Source: Eledone cirrhosa (lineage: Eukaryota). From it: a stretch of 64,000 nucleotides of DNA. Both the position numbers and the translations under genes were made by a program. Positions 37,430 to 50,981 of this stretch are shown here, piece by piece. Numbering within the stretch: position 1 is the stretch's first letter; each line of letters begins with the position of its first letter. Below the pieces are notes generated by a model. It was not told where the DNA came from, did no database searches, and saw nothing but the letters and a program-made list of their open reading frames with translations. The stretch covers positions 36,890,001 to 36,954,000 of the forward strand of contig OZ024742.1 of NCBI GenBank assembly GCA_964016885.1, in the 5' to 3' direction.

Positions 37430-38560
37430 ATATCATCACCGTTTAATGTCCATTTTTCCACGCTGGCATGGATTAGAGGAGTTGTCCAGATGTAAGCCAA
37501 GTCAGAACAGATGACCATGTCTTGCTCACACTGAACTGATTTTGGCTTGGTTTCTGCAGCTGGATGCCCTTCCTAACACCAAGCACAATTTACAGTATGG
37601 ATTGCGTGCTTTTTGTCATGGCATCAGAAATGGCCACTTTACAGTGTGGGCAGGGGATGTGCATTGGAGAGGTAGATCTAGGGTGGATCAAGGGAGGGAT
37701 GTTAGGGTGTTGGAGTTGTATGGAAAGGAGAGGTAAGGGAGAGTTATGCATATTAGATGTATGCTTCAACCTGTGCACATGGGAAGGCAGGTCTTACTGC
37801 ATAACACCAGAGATCTCGATCCTGTGTCATCACCTTTGAGAAGTGTAATTGTGCAAGGTCAGCTTTTATTACCTCATCCCAAGTCTTCCTACTCCATAGC
37901 TTCCATGAACTTTGAGTGCCCAACACCTTCTTATTCAGCAGTCATCCAGCATTCACATGTCCATACCAATACAATCTCCTCTTCTGCACACTGCATCTGA
38001 TCCCTCTTATGCCCAGTTCCTCTCTCAGTTCATTTATGCTTTGTTGTTCATGTATATTACTATTACACATCCAACAAGGCATGCCAGCTTCATTTCTTTC
38101 CAATCATTGCAGGTCTTCTACGTACAATCTGCCCTTCATTTTGAGGGAAAAAATCTTTTGTAGCTAACAGCGGTAGTAGCTCCCTGAACTTTTTCCACCC
38201 TGTTCTCACTCTGGCTACCATACTTTGAGCACACCCACCTCCATGACTAATTGGTCACCCAGCTAACAAAGCTGTCAACTGCTTCTACAGAACCTTCCAA
38301 GAATTTGATAGCGCTTGTTTCCTGTGAGTGTTTGTTACTTACTGCTCCTGTGCAATGGCCACAAATAAAACCTACATTCTTAGCTAACCTATCTAGGATC
38401 CCACTACATCTCTTGTGTACGCATAGTTTGCATTTGAGAGAGAGGATGGAATTTCTACCCTCCCCGTTTCTACACGCTGAGCAGAGCCTTATCCCAGAAG
38501 TGATCAGTGCCTTATTTTCCTTACTACTTACTAGAACTCTGGTCTTTGCCTGGAATAAAG
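37430..38560 (-). mobile_element. RTE LINE 3' part with 3'UTR
   Basis: AKTRVLVSSKENKA...CSACRNGEGRNSILSLKCKLCVHKRCSGI, homologous to 62922-63233. Confidence 0.85.
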
Positions 38561-38879
38561 AAGGTTCACTTAGTTGCCTGTATTTGAGCAGATTCATGCC
38601 AAGAAGATGTTTTCAAATCCTGAAGTCCAGCCGCTACACAGTCCAACTAAAGCACACATCACTCATACCTTATATTAACGATAGTAGTAGTGATATTGAT
38701 GCTAGAGTTAAATTTGAAGATAATTGACGTGTGGGCAGGTGTGAAATGGGGAAGAGACTAGGCACCCATGGCAGGGAAATATCAAATATAATTTATATAT
38801 GAATGATACACTACACAGATGTTCAGAAAATGCATTTATATAAATTATAAAATTCTACAAGAGAAGAGAAATATTAAAT

Positions 38880-39775
38880 TGTGGGATGAAATTTTTGAAA
38901 ACTTAGCAAAAACTAAAGTGCTAGTGAGTAGGAAAGATGATAGGACCCTGCTCCATATGTAGAAAAGGAGTAGGCATAAACTCCATACAGTGTACACAAT
39001 GTAAATTTTGAATACACAACAGATGTAGTGGGATAATGGGAGACTAACAAGAAAGGAAGACTTTTTATGTAGAAGATGCACAGGAGTAATCAAGGGGAAG
39101 AGCATCTGATGTAAACCTCTTCAAAACTCAGGAAAGAAATGGTTAGTAGCTTCTACTATCTGGGTGATTTCATTAGTAGCAGAAGAGAGCATGATCTTGT
39201 GATGCTAAACTCCGTCAGTTGCAGACTGTGCATCAACATGACATATTTTTCTCCACAAAGTTTGATCACCAGCAGCAGAGTTTAAGGAGCATAATAGCTA
39301 GAATAAAGATAGGATGGAAGAAGTTTAGAGAACTACTTTCACTATTGACAACAAAAAGTTTCTCCTTATGTACAAAAGGATGACTGTATGACACCTGTGT
39401 GCAACGTGCAATGTTGCATGGGTAGTGACTGCAGAAGACATACATAGACTGGAGAAAAATGAAGCACCTATTCTTCATTGGATGTGTAATGTAAATGTGA
39501 GAGAAAGGCAGGGCTTGGATGAGAGAAGCTGGGTTTAAGAGGAATTCAAGGGGGTGTGCAGGAGAGAATTTGTACAGACATATGATGCACATGGATGATG
39601 GTCGATGGGTGGAAAAGTGCCAGTGGAAGGAAACTGCAGTAGAGGTAGACTGAAAAAGACCTGGGTAGAGGTGGTGAGAGCTGATCTCATATTGCTGAGA
39701 CTCACAGAGGAGATGGAGAGATGCAAGCGTAGAAAAATGGGTGTAAAAACGATAGTGGTGATGATGATGATGGAG
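38880..39775 (+). mobile_element. Decayed RTE LINE 3' part
   Basis: NLAKTKVLVSRK...RGRLKKTWVEVVRADL, followed by (GAT)n. Confidence 0.75.
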
Positions 39776-40311
39776 AGAGACAGAAAGAGATAGATTGAGA
39801 ACTACCAGTAAGACCATTCTTCAGCTAAGTACTCAATACTTGGGAAAGTAGAGTGTAGGTATTGTAACCATCAGGCACTAACGATTTGCAATATATATAA
39901 GAGTAGTACTCAATGCATGATGATTTGGGGTTTTACTTTTTCAATAGATACGTCATCATCATAATCATCATAATTTAATGTCCTCTATCCTTGTTAGCAA
40001 GTGTTAGATGAGTCTTCACAGACCAAATCCATAGTGATGCAGGGCTACTGATCTAGAAATGTCAAGGGTTCATGACACGTGTGTATGTGTATGTATATAT
40101 ATATATATCATCATCATTAAATAGTAATGATATATCAGATGTAAAATAATAAATGTTTTATTTTTAACAAAAAGCAATTTTGGTTTTTGTATCTATGTTT
40201 ATGTTTACATTTATTGTTTATATATGTCCTGTAACTAAGCAGTTCAACAAAAGGATATTGCTAAAATAAATTATATACTAGTGTCAATATAACAAATTAA
40301 GTAATAGTAAT

Positions 40312-41410
40312 ACAATCTTATGTCCCAAATGCAAAGTATGGGTGCATAAAAGATGTAGTGGGATCACAGGTAAGCTAACTAAGTATATAGATTTTATATG
40401 TGGCCGGTGCTCTGGTGCAATAAGTAGCAGCAAGTGCCCACAGAATACTAGCTCATTCTATTGCACAGATGGTTCTATAGAAATAGTGGACACCTTCCGT
40501 TACCTGGGTGACAAAATCAGCAGTGGGGGAGGGTGCTCTGAAAGTACAGTAGCTAGAGCCAGAACGGGATGGAAAAAGTTCAGAGAGCTTATACCACTAT
40601 TAGCCGCTAAAGGGTTCTCTCTAAAAATGAAAGGCAGGCTGTATGATGCCTGCATACGAACAGAAATGTTACATGGCAGTGAGACCTGGGCATTGTGTGC
40701 AGAGGATATACGCAGACTAGAGAGGAACGAAGCTTGCATGCTCCGCTGGATGTGTAATAGTAATATACGTGAACGGCAAAGCATAAACGAACTAAGGGAG
40801 AAATTAGGAATAAGAGGGATCAGATGTTGTTTACTCGAGAGAAGGCTATGTTGGTTCGGTCACGTGATGCGCATGAAAGACGACAGCTGTATAAAAAAGT
40901 GCAGGGCGATAAAAATAGACGGTAGCTACGGAGTAGGCAGACTCAGAAAAACCTGGGACGACTTGATAAATTCCGACCTCACACACTTACACCTCTCCAA
41001 GACAATGTCACTGGACCGAGATCTTTGGCGCTACACAGTCATACAGAAGACCCGCCTTGCCTAAGTACAAAGCGAAACCTACAGTCAGTAGGCACCTCTA
41101 ACAAAAATACACCCCCGTCCCACTATCCACACCACCCCTTTCAATGTAAAGTTATGGTGGTACCACAACATCCAGTCCAAAACAAATGAGGTCGTGTAGG
41201 TGTCACGACAAAAAAACACAGTCCACACTGTAATGTGGCTGTGTAGGTAACACGGTAAAAACCTCCCAGTCCACACTGTAAATGTGGTTGGTGTTGGGAA
41301 GGGCATCCAGCCGTAAGAAAGCCCGCAAGACAACCAATCTTGCCTCAAGTGGGAAAATTCCCGTCCAAACCCATGCAAGCGTGGAAGATGGGCGTTAAAT
41401 GATGATGATG
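40312..41410 (+). mobile_element. Young 5'-truncated RTE LINE (240-aa open C-terminus, 3'UTR, (GAT)n tail)
   Basis: FRYLG...MLHGSETW...ERRLCWFGHVMRM...KTW, near-identical to 63100-63880. Confidence 0.92.
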
Positions 41411-41419
41411 AATGTTGTT

Positions 41420-43020
41420 TGCAAATTCCAGCCAACTGGGCCTACACCTGCCAATCATGATGCCACTCCCAACTCGGCTGTGCATGCCAATCCAGTTCAA
41501 GAAAATAACAAACCAGAGATGAGACAGTACACACCCTTGGCAGAGTCTGGCTCCCACATTGAATGGTTTTGATTTAGCACCATTTATCTGAACACAAATA
41601 CTCGGGCATTCATATAGAAACATCAGGTCAACAAGAAGTCAACCATTAATCCCATACTCCTGCATAACCTTCCACAGCAGATCCCTTGAAACATGGTCAT
41701 ATGCCTTTTTGAGGCCTACAAAGCAAGAATACACATCTTGGCAATACTCCCACGATTTCTCAAAGACCTGCCACTGTGTGAATATGGTCGGCTGTGCTGT
41801 GCTCAGAGTGAAAACCACTCTGTTCATCAACTAGCTTGGACGAGACAATCTCTCTCTATCTCTTTGCCAGACACTTAGCATAGACTTTACTGGGGGGGAG
41901 GCTTAACAAGGAGATCCCTCTATAATTGGAGCAATCTCTCTTGTCTCCCTTTTTGAAAATTGGGATTATCACACCTGATCGCCATTGCTTCGGTGACTTT
42001 CCAGAGATCCAGGCCACTCAGCACACAAGTCAGCCAGAGAATATTATCTCTAATTAAGGCTTTTAACATCTCAGGCTGAATTTCATCCTTGCCATATTTG
42101 AGCTCTTTAATTGCTCTTGTGACCTCAACCTCCAAGAGATTAGTCATTGCTCCTAGATGCACCTCGTGTACATCAGAAGATGCTATTGCAATTGGGTTCA
42201 GGAGATCAGCAAAGTATTCTTTCCCCCCTCATGAGGATGTACCTCTTTGAAGAGAGAACCCCAGATGCATTCCTGATAGCAGGTGCGGAGGAGAACTTAT
42301 GAAGTCAGCAGATGGTCTGCTAGAATGCTTTATTTGCTGATCTGAAGTTGGATTCCAGCTTAACCCCAAAGTCCTCTCATGTCTTGACTTTGGACGCCTT
42401 AGCTGCGATTCTTCATGTCTTCTTGTACTGCAAGTGTAAGAAGGAGGACTTATTTCTAAGCAAAGCTTTGCTGGCCTCCTTCTTTGCTCGGATGGCATTT
42501 TTTACCTCGCCAAGCCTCTTTCACCCACAGTATTTAGCAGCTGAAGCATCCTCAGGGAATTCTCTGAATTTGGATGCAATAGTATCTGCATACCTGATCC
42601 TGACTTCCTTAACAACCAGTTCTTCCCACTTTATCCTGTAGGTTGCCTTGAACCTGCCAATTTGGTGGGCTTCTTTGGCTTTAGGTAGTCTCGAGATGCA
42701 GACAACTAGATGATCAGTTGACAGTTCAGCCCCTCTCTTAACACGAACGACCAGCACTGAATCGAAGAGATGAGAGACAATGACAAAATAAATGATTGAT
42801 CTCTGTCCCTGATTCCCTTTATACCTTGTATATTTATGGATGTCTCTGTGCTGGAAGAAGGTGTTCATAATAGAGAGTCCATTGCTAGAACAGAAGTCTA
42901 AGGTTTCTTCATTCCTATTGAGATCAGGATGGCCATTCCTTCCAATCACTCCTTTCCATGTCAGGTGGTCAGTGCCAACATGTGCATTGAAGTCTCCCAG
43001 TTTAATGCCAAGTGCTGCAT
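41420..43020 (-). mobile_element. RTE LINE of a second family, APE plus RT part (inverted 5' segment)
   Basis: LGDFNAHVG...[17 protein letters not shown]...ELSTDH, FVGLKKAYDHVSRD, LCQGCVLS. Confidence 0.88.
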
Positions 43021-43089
43021 GGCTGAAATGAAAATCTGCTGTGAAGACTGAAACACTCATCTTCTCAAGGAAGCTTGCGCAGTGCACTC

Positions 43090-43495
43090 TACATGGGAAT
43101 TGAGTTTCACTGAAGCATGTGAAGAAGTTCATGAGTGATGGAAGCCAGGAGGGTGAATTAAATGCAAGAATTGCAGGAGCTAATGCAGTAATGCGCCAGC
43201 TTCAGCATTTGGTAATCAGAAGGAAGGAGGTATGTGTAAAAGCCAAATTTGTTATCTTCAATTCAGTATTCATGCCAACCGTTACGTATGGTCATGAATC
43301 TTGGGTAATTACTAAAAGAATATGATTGTGAATAAAAGCAACTGTGAATACAAAAGGTCTTTTGGGTAATGTTACTCGATAGAGTGCATAGCTCGTAGAT
43401 CAGAATTGGTCCAGGTAGAGGAGCTATTTCTCTGATTTGAGAGAGCACAGTTCTGATATTATAGGCATATGGTTAGAGTGTCTCAGAGCAGAGGG
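43090..43495 (+). mobile_element. RTE LINE C-terminal segment, probably the same element as 41420-43020
   Basis: [24 protein letters not shown]...IFNSVFMPTVTYGHESWV. Confidence 0.8.
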
Positions 43496-43516
43496 GGTTT
43501 GAAAAAAAATGAAAAA

Positions 43517-43555
<39 letters not shown>

Positions 43556-44487
43556 GTTCCGAAGAGATTGTTTTGGTAAAAATAGGAGCAAGCAGGAGAA
43601 ATATATATATATGATATTTATAACATGAAGAATCGTGTTGATGGAGATGGCTGTGATGCTGGTTGGGGTGAGGTTATAGGTAAAAAGAGAAAGGGGGAGA
43701 GTAAAGATAAAGGAATGAAGCCAAGAGGACTGTTGAATGAATATTGAGAGAGATGAAGAGAAAAGGAGTGAATGGCAGAGAGAGAGAAAAAAGAAAATGT
43801 TGAAAAAGAGGGAGAAATATCAATAGAGAGAGAGAAAAATACATATAGAGATAGTGACAGTGTGAGTGTGAATCGATATGAACATAGGTAAAATGAAGGG
43901 AGGGGGAGAAGGGTAATCGGTAGAAAGAAGCTGAGGGGAATAGCTAGAATGAAATAGGAGTAAAAGAGATATAGGTGGAAAGAAGAACAATGTAGGAAGA
44001 CATAGGTAAAAAAAAATGGTAAGGAAGACAAAAGCGGTGAGAGAGGGTAACAACGAAAGAAAAAGAAGAGAGTGTGGGAGGGAGAAAAAGAAGGGAAGGA
44101 TATAAAGGTGAGGGAGAGGGTGTGTGTGTTTTTGTATGATTGCGTGCTTGCAAGTGTGTCTGTGGGAAGTGGAAGAATGTAAATTTAAGGAAATATATCA
44201 GACACACACACATAAATATATATGTATATATGCATAAGTATATATATATATGTGTGTGTAATGTATGTATGTATATATATATATATGCACATACTTACAT
44301 ATATATATATACGTACATACATGTGTGTGTGTGTATATATATATACATTCATCTGAATCTGATGAACAGGTCGAACGTTTCTGTAAGGATCGTCTAGTTT
44401 CTTGAAACCTTTGGTTATGGAATAATTATATTGTGTTGTTTATTATGTACCCGCCCGTCCCCTCAATCTATCTTATTTCTCATTCTT

Positions 44488-44523
44488 TCTTCTGATGAAG
44501 GACTAGCGTCCGAAACGTTAAGA
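44488..44523 (+). ncRNA. Minimal type I hammerhead ribozyme motif (Penelope-like-element type)
   Basis: tctt-CTGATGA-a-GGAC tagc GTCC-GAAA-CG-TT-aaga: stem I tctt/aaga, 4-bp stem II, palindromic ACGT stem III, predicted cut after GUU (44519). Confidence 0.75.
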
Positions 44524-44610
44524 CCCTCTTCCTGCTATATCAAGCGTTAACCTAATATATCGTTTCTATATCGATTGTGTTGTTATTTCTGTTTACCTTT
44601 TACATATACA

Positions 44611-44682
<72 letters not shown>

Positions 44683-46536
44683 GATATTAACAAATGGAAA
44701 CTATATTTATAAAACCATATTTATTTCATTATACATATTTCAAGGATACCAAGTTAAATTATAGTATGCCTTCATCAGACAAAATACAATATATACCAGT
44801 TTTATAAATAAACATTGACGTACCCTTTCAAAATGCAACCGTTACTTTTGGAAGACATCAGGATAGTGGTTTGTTTATTTTAGTAAGTCGTTGTGTTAAG
44901 GAGAAGTAAAAAAAACGGAGAGAGAGAGAAACGTGGAGAAAAGAAAGGGAGAGATAAATAAAGAGAAAGAAGAAAGAAAAAAGAAAAAAAGAAAACAGAG
45001 GAAAACAACAGAGAGATATCAAACCACCAGACAGAGAGAAAAAAAATCAAGAGAGAGAAATATAGAGGGGGAGAGAACGAAAACCTTAAGTCATGTCATA
45101 TTAAGTTGAGTTAACAATTGAGATGAAATGAATAAATAAAATTAGAAATATTAATATTCATGAATGGAATATACATAAATAATATGAGAAATTAATCATT
45201 GTTTAATTATGATTAGATATTTAGTTTAAAAATTGAGATCAATATATTAAAAATTGGAATTTAAACATTACGAAATATATATATTGCTAGAGAAATTACC
45301 TATCATATAGCACGTACATATAGGCAAAGATACATAAATATATATATACACACACACTCAGAAAATACACACTATATCTACTCCCGTATTTAATATATAC
45401 ATACAAAGCATAAGTGATTTTTTTTATTACTGCTATACATTCCTTGTGTTATTAAATAAAAAATTTTAGTATATATATATAAATATATAGGATTAACTTT
45501 CATGCATTTATGGCTGTTAAATTATGCATATCTGCAATCAAAACCGCATGGGTAACCATGTACATGTACACACACAATTCTTAGATATACATATATAAAT
45601 ATGTGTGTGTGCATCTTCACCCAATTGGTAGACACGCGTCACTCATGCATATATACAGACAGACATATACTCATAAAAAAGCATATAACACATGTATATG
45701 TATGTTAATACACATATATACATACATAGTCGTATAGAGATAAGTATACATCAATATATTACATAGTACAATTGAGTATATAAAATACAAAAGGATTATA
45801 CTTTGGAAATATAATTATATCAATATAACTTAAAAACAAAAGAATTCTACAAATATCAAAATATTAAAATATTTAAAAATATTATAGAATATTTTAAGTT
45901 AAAATAATATGTTTAATAGATTTAGTATAGAAATTTATCTTACGTATATTTTAATCAAGATATTGAAAGGATAAACTTTTGAAAATTATGAGAAGCTATC
46001 AGAATAAAAACAAACCTAATAAAAAATAAATAAAATATTATATCAATATAACTTTAAAAAAAACAAGAATTCTACAGATATCAAAATATTTTAAAATATT
46101 ATAGAATATTTTAAGTTAAAATAATATGTTTAATATATTTAGTATAGAAATTTATCTTACGTATATTTTACTCAAGATATTGAAAGGATAAACTTTTCTA
46201 GAATAGTTTAATATATTTATATTTATATTTATATTTAGGAAGAAAATTTATTTATACTTGAGTACTTAACCAAAGAAAATGAAAAAGGTAAAGAAGACAA
46301 AAGCGGTGAGAGAGGGTAACAACGAAAGAAAAAGAAGAGAGTGTGGGAGGGAGAAAAAGAAGGGAAGGATATAAAGGTGATGGAGAGGGTGTGTGTGTTT
46401 TTGTATGATTGCGTGCTTGCAAGTGTGTCTGTGGGAAGTGGAAGAATGTAAATTTAAGGAAATATATCAGACACACTCACATAAATATATCTGTATATAT
46501 GCATAAGTATATATATATGTGTGTGTGTAATGTATG

Positions 46537-46629
<93 letters not shown>

Positions 46630-46834
46630 GCACATACTTATATATATATATATATATACGTACATACATGTGTGTGTGTGTATATATATATACATTCATC
46701 TGAATCTGATGAACAGGTCGAACGTTTCTGTAAGGATCGTCTAGTTTCTTGAAACCTTTGGTTATGGAATAATTATATTGTGTTGTTTATTATGTACCCG
46801 CCCGTCCCCTCAATCTATCTTATTTCTCATTCTT

Positions 46835-46870
46835 TCTTCTGATGAAGGACTAGCGTCCGAAACGTTAAGA
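46835..46870 (+). ncRNA. Second identical minimal hammerhead motif (duplicated copy)
   Basis: Same sequence as 44488-44523, 2347 nt downstream. Confidence 0.75.
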
Positions 46871-46957
46871 CCCTCTTCCTGCTATATCAAGCGTTAACCT
46901 AATATATCGTTTCTATATCGATTGTGTTGTTATTTCTGTTTACCTTTTACATATACA

Positions 46958-47019
<62 letters not shown>

Positions 47020-48684
47020 GATATTAACAAATGGAAACTATATTTATAAAACCATATTTATTTCATTATACATATTTCAAGGATACCAAGTTAAATTATA
47101 GTATGCCTTCATCAGACAAAATACAATATATACCAGTTTTATAAATAAACATTGACGTACCCTTTCAAAATGCAACCGTTACTTTTGGAAGACATCAGGA
47201 TAGTGGTTTGTTTATTTTAGTAAGTCGTTGTGTTAAGGAGAAGTAAAAAAAACGGAGAGAGAGAGAAACGTGGAGAAAAGAAAGGGAGAGATAAATAAAG
47301 AGAAAGAAGAAAGAAAAAAGAAAAAAAGAAAACAGAGGAAAACAACAGAGAGATATCAAACCACCAGACAGAGAGAAAAAAAATCAAGAGAGAGAAATAT
47401 AGAGGGGGAGAGAACGAAAACCTTAAGTCATGTCATATTAAGTTGAGTTAACAATTGAGATGAAATGAATAAATAAAATTAGAAATATTAATATTCATGA
47501 ATGGAATATACATAAATAATATGAGAAATTAATCATTGTTTAATTATGATTAGATATTTAGTTTAAAAATTGAGATCAATATATTAAAAATTGGAATTTA
47601 AACATTACTCTATTGCTAGAGAAATTACCTATCATATAGTTATATATTGATATAGTTATATTTCCAAAATATAATCCTTTTGTATTTTATATACTCAATT
47701 GTACTATGTAATATATTGATGTATACTTATCTCTATACGACTATGTATGTATATATGTGTATTAACATACATATACATGTGTTATATGCTTTTTTATGAG
47801 TATATGTCTGTCTGCATGAGTGACGCGTGTCTACCAATTGGGTGAAGATGCACACACACATATTTATATATGTATATCTAAGAATTGTGTGTGTACATGT
47901 ACATGGTTACCCATGCAGTTTTGATTGCAGATATGCATAATTTAACAGCCATAAATGCATGAAAGTTAATCCTATATATTTACATATATATACTAAAAAT
48001 ATTTTATTTAATAACACAAGGAATGTATAGCAGTAATAAAAAAATCACTTATGCTTTGTATGTATATATTATATGCGGGAGTAGATATAGTGTGTATTTT
48101 CTGAGTGTGTGTGTATATATATATATTTTTGTATCTTTGCCTATATGTACGTGCTATATGATAGGTAATTTCTCTAGCAATATATATATTTCGTAATGTT
48201 TAAATTCCAATTTTTAATATATTGATCTCAATTTTTAAACTAAATATCTAATCATAATTAAACAATGATTAATTTCTCATATTATTTATGTATATTCCAT
48301 TCATGAATATTAATATTTCTAATTTTATTTATTCATTTCATCTCAATTGTTAACTCAACTTAATGACATGACTTAAGGTTTTCGTTCTCTCCCCCTCTCT
48401 CTATCTCTATATTTCTCTCTCTTGATTTTTTTTCTCTCTGTCTGGTGGTTTGATATCTCTCTGTTGTTTTCCTCTGTTTTCTTTTTTTCTTTTTTCTTTC
48501 TTCTTTCTCTTTATTTATTTCACCCTTTCTTTTCTCCACGTTTCTCTCTCTCTCCGTTTTTTTATTTCTCCTTAACACAACGACTTACTAAAATAAACAA
48601 ACCACTATCCTGATGTCTTCCAAAAGTAACGGTTGCATTTTGAAAGGGTACGTCAATGTTTATTTATAAAACTGGTATATATTG

Positions 48685-48745
48685 TATTTTGTCTGATGAA
48701 GGCATACCATAATTTAACTTGGTATCCTTGAAATATGTATAATGA
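48685..48745 (+). ncRNA. Degenerate hammerhead-like motif of a second family (also on the - strand at about 44725-44785 and 47062-47122)
   Basis: CTGATGA-agg(c)atacca/tggtatcct-t-GAAA-tatgta. Stem II pairs well, stems I and III are imperfect. Confidence 0.45.
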
Positions 48746-48796
48746 AATAAATATGGTTTTATAAATATAGTTTCCATTTGTTAATATCGTATATAT

Positions 48797-48907
<111 letters not shown>

Positions 48908-49337
48908 AGAGAAGTGGTATCAAATTAGCGAGTGTAAGATTTTAAATAATCAAAAAAATGTATGTGTAGAAGTGAGACTAACGCTGTGAAAGTACACCAA
49001 TCAATAATAGAAAGAACACAATTAATGAACTCTCTCTCTCTCTCTCTCTCATTCACTCCCCCTCGCTCACTCTCTCTCTGTCTTGTTTCAATTTTTTTTT
49101 TTCGCTTTCCATCTCATAATTTACAAATTTTATTTATGCCCCCCCCCTCCTCCCCGTCTATCTTTCTCGCCTTTTCTTTTTACCTATTTCCTCGTACCAC
49201 CCCACCACCCCATTTCTTCCCCCGTTACGTTATCCTTACTCACGCACGAACACGCTCACTCACACATAGACGCACACGAATCACTCTCCTGAAGCTCCCC
49301 CACTCTCTCTCTCTCTTTCCATCTCTCTCTCAACTGT

Positions 49338-49521
49338 TCAGTCACCAATCACTGCCGACACCATCATCACCACAATAATCAATACCACTAACACAATAAC
49401 AACAGCTAGAACACCAGTGATAGCTGACATTTTCCACACTGCAGCAGATCCTGGCCATTATATCAATATCTTCTTCCATCATCGGGTTTGTTAACGCTTT
49501 AAGGCGAACGGATCAAAACAG
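49338..49521 (+). promoter_or_regulatory. Candidate TSS (TCAGTC initiator) and non-coding first exon of the RING/TRIM-like gene
   Basis: CT-rich upstream region, TCAGTC at 49338, local CpG enrichment, donor CAG|gtgaga at 49522. Confidence 0.4.
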
Positions 49522-50859
49522 GTGAGACAAGCCATATTTCTATATTTTACTTTACTACACACACACACACACATACATACATATATCCGTGTGATGTTGA
49601 TTGACATGAGAATGTGTACTCAATACCGAAGTAGAGTGTTACTGTTAGTATGGCTAAGTGATGAATCTTATACCTTTCTTTTTCTCCTATCTTATATCCT
49701 GACTATTACTGCCTACATTTCCCCTAAAAGTCACCCTCCCAACATACCTCCATACCCGCCGGGTCTTCCCCTGTTTATACTGTCTCTGCCATTGAACATT
49801 CAGTCATGTCTGACGATTCTGTGAGTACACAGGTGAAACTCCAGCATAACAAGAATCATCACCAGAGGCGCAATTGGTGTATGGCAAGCATGGCACGTGT
49901 CACTTGAACTATTAAAATCAGATAAGCTATCGTCAGAGAGTGAAAAAAGAATTTCTTCAGATGTATGATCTGCCTTTGATTATCATAGGTGAGAAGCACT
50001 ACGGTAGCTGGATCATTAAACGATTTATATATATATATATATATATAATTTTTTTTTCAGCTAAATATGTTTCATTAATAAAAAAATTTTTAAAAATTGT
50101 AAACTAAGCCTACAGGTAAAAATGCAGTCCTGGGAACTATATAACCACATAGACATACCTTGTCAAATATTTTAATAGGGTCTAATATTTGTCAAAGATC
50201 AGTATTGCACATATCGCTCCCTTTAAATACACTAACACTTTTGCAAATACTTCATGTATACTTAAGCTTATGGATACCTGTTGAACAAATGAAAATGCAA
50301 TTTATCCTAAACCCTTATTTAAACTGCACTGGGTGTTAGATGTTTGAACGGAAGCGCAATTTCATTATAGTGCTCTGTACAAATGTACATAAAATGTTCA
50401 AACATTAAATGAATGAGCTCTTAATACATGTGTGAAGAGTATAAAAAGGTGATAGTAACTTCGAAGTTTCAACATTGCTGCCTCTTTTCCTTCGCAATAT
50501 ATATAATCAACTTTCATTAAGTATAGAGTACTAAGTTGAATAATTGACTTAGTGGTCTTAACTAGTAACATCGCATCCACACACACACACACTCTCTCTC
50601 TCTCTCCCACACACACACACACACATATGTACATACACACACATTATAAGGATTTTCTGTCCTACTGTGATTTTTCCAAAATGCTCAAAACCAAAGTAGA
50701 GTATAATATTTATTTATCAAATTATTGAGATTACTCGCTGTTGTGACTGAGTTTCTAACAGCAACATCAAATAATTTCAGTAACGTAATATTATGTGTGA
50801 GTCCATCACGCACGCACACACACTTGCTAGACCTTGATTTTATATATATATATATATAA

Positions 50860-50981
50860 CGAAGGAAATGTGGTAAGGAACCAGATGGACCATAACGCAC
50901 CAAAGTACTCAATACTTAGGGTAGTAGAGTGGGTAATAGGAACGAGTAGGACCCCGACGGCTGAGCTCAAGCCGTTTCGAT
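50860..50981 (-). mobile_element. Second copy of the repeat family at 860-985 (Penelope-like terminal repeat fragment)
   Basis: Reverse complement aligns to 859-980 (tcgaaacggc..gagctcagccgtcggggtcct...ctctactaccc.aagtat..agtact...ttatggtcca). A further decayed piece lies at about 39810-39870. Confidence 0.75.

Larger units (their letters stand above)
44024..48790. repeat. Local segmental duplication: direct copies 44024-45310 and 46293-47639, plus inverted copy 47641-48790 of 44680-45829
   Basis: Near-identical blocks recognisable by eye, with a few SNPs, indels and (TA)n length differences. Confidence 0.92.

Noticed and set aside
35592-39817. Several 100-180 aa ORFs (35592, 36641, 38251, 39266)
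   Set aside because: Antisense or alternative frames of RTE LINE fragments.
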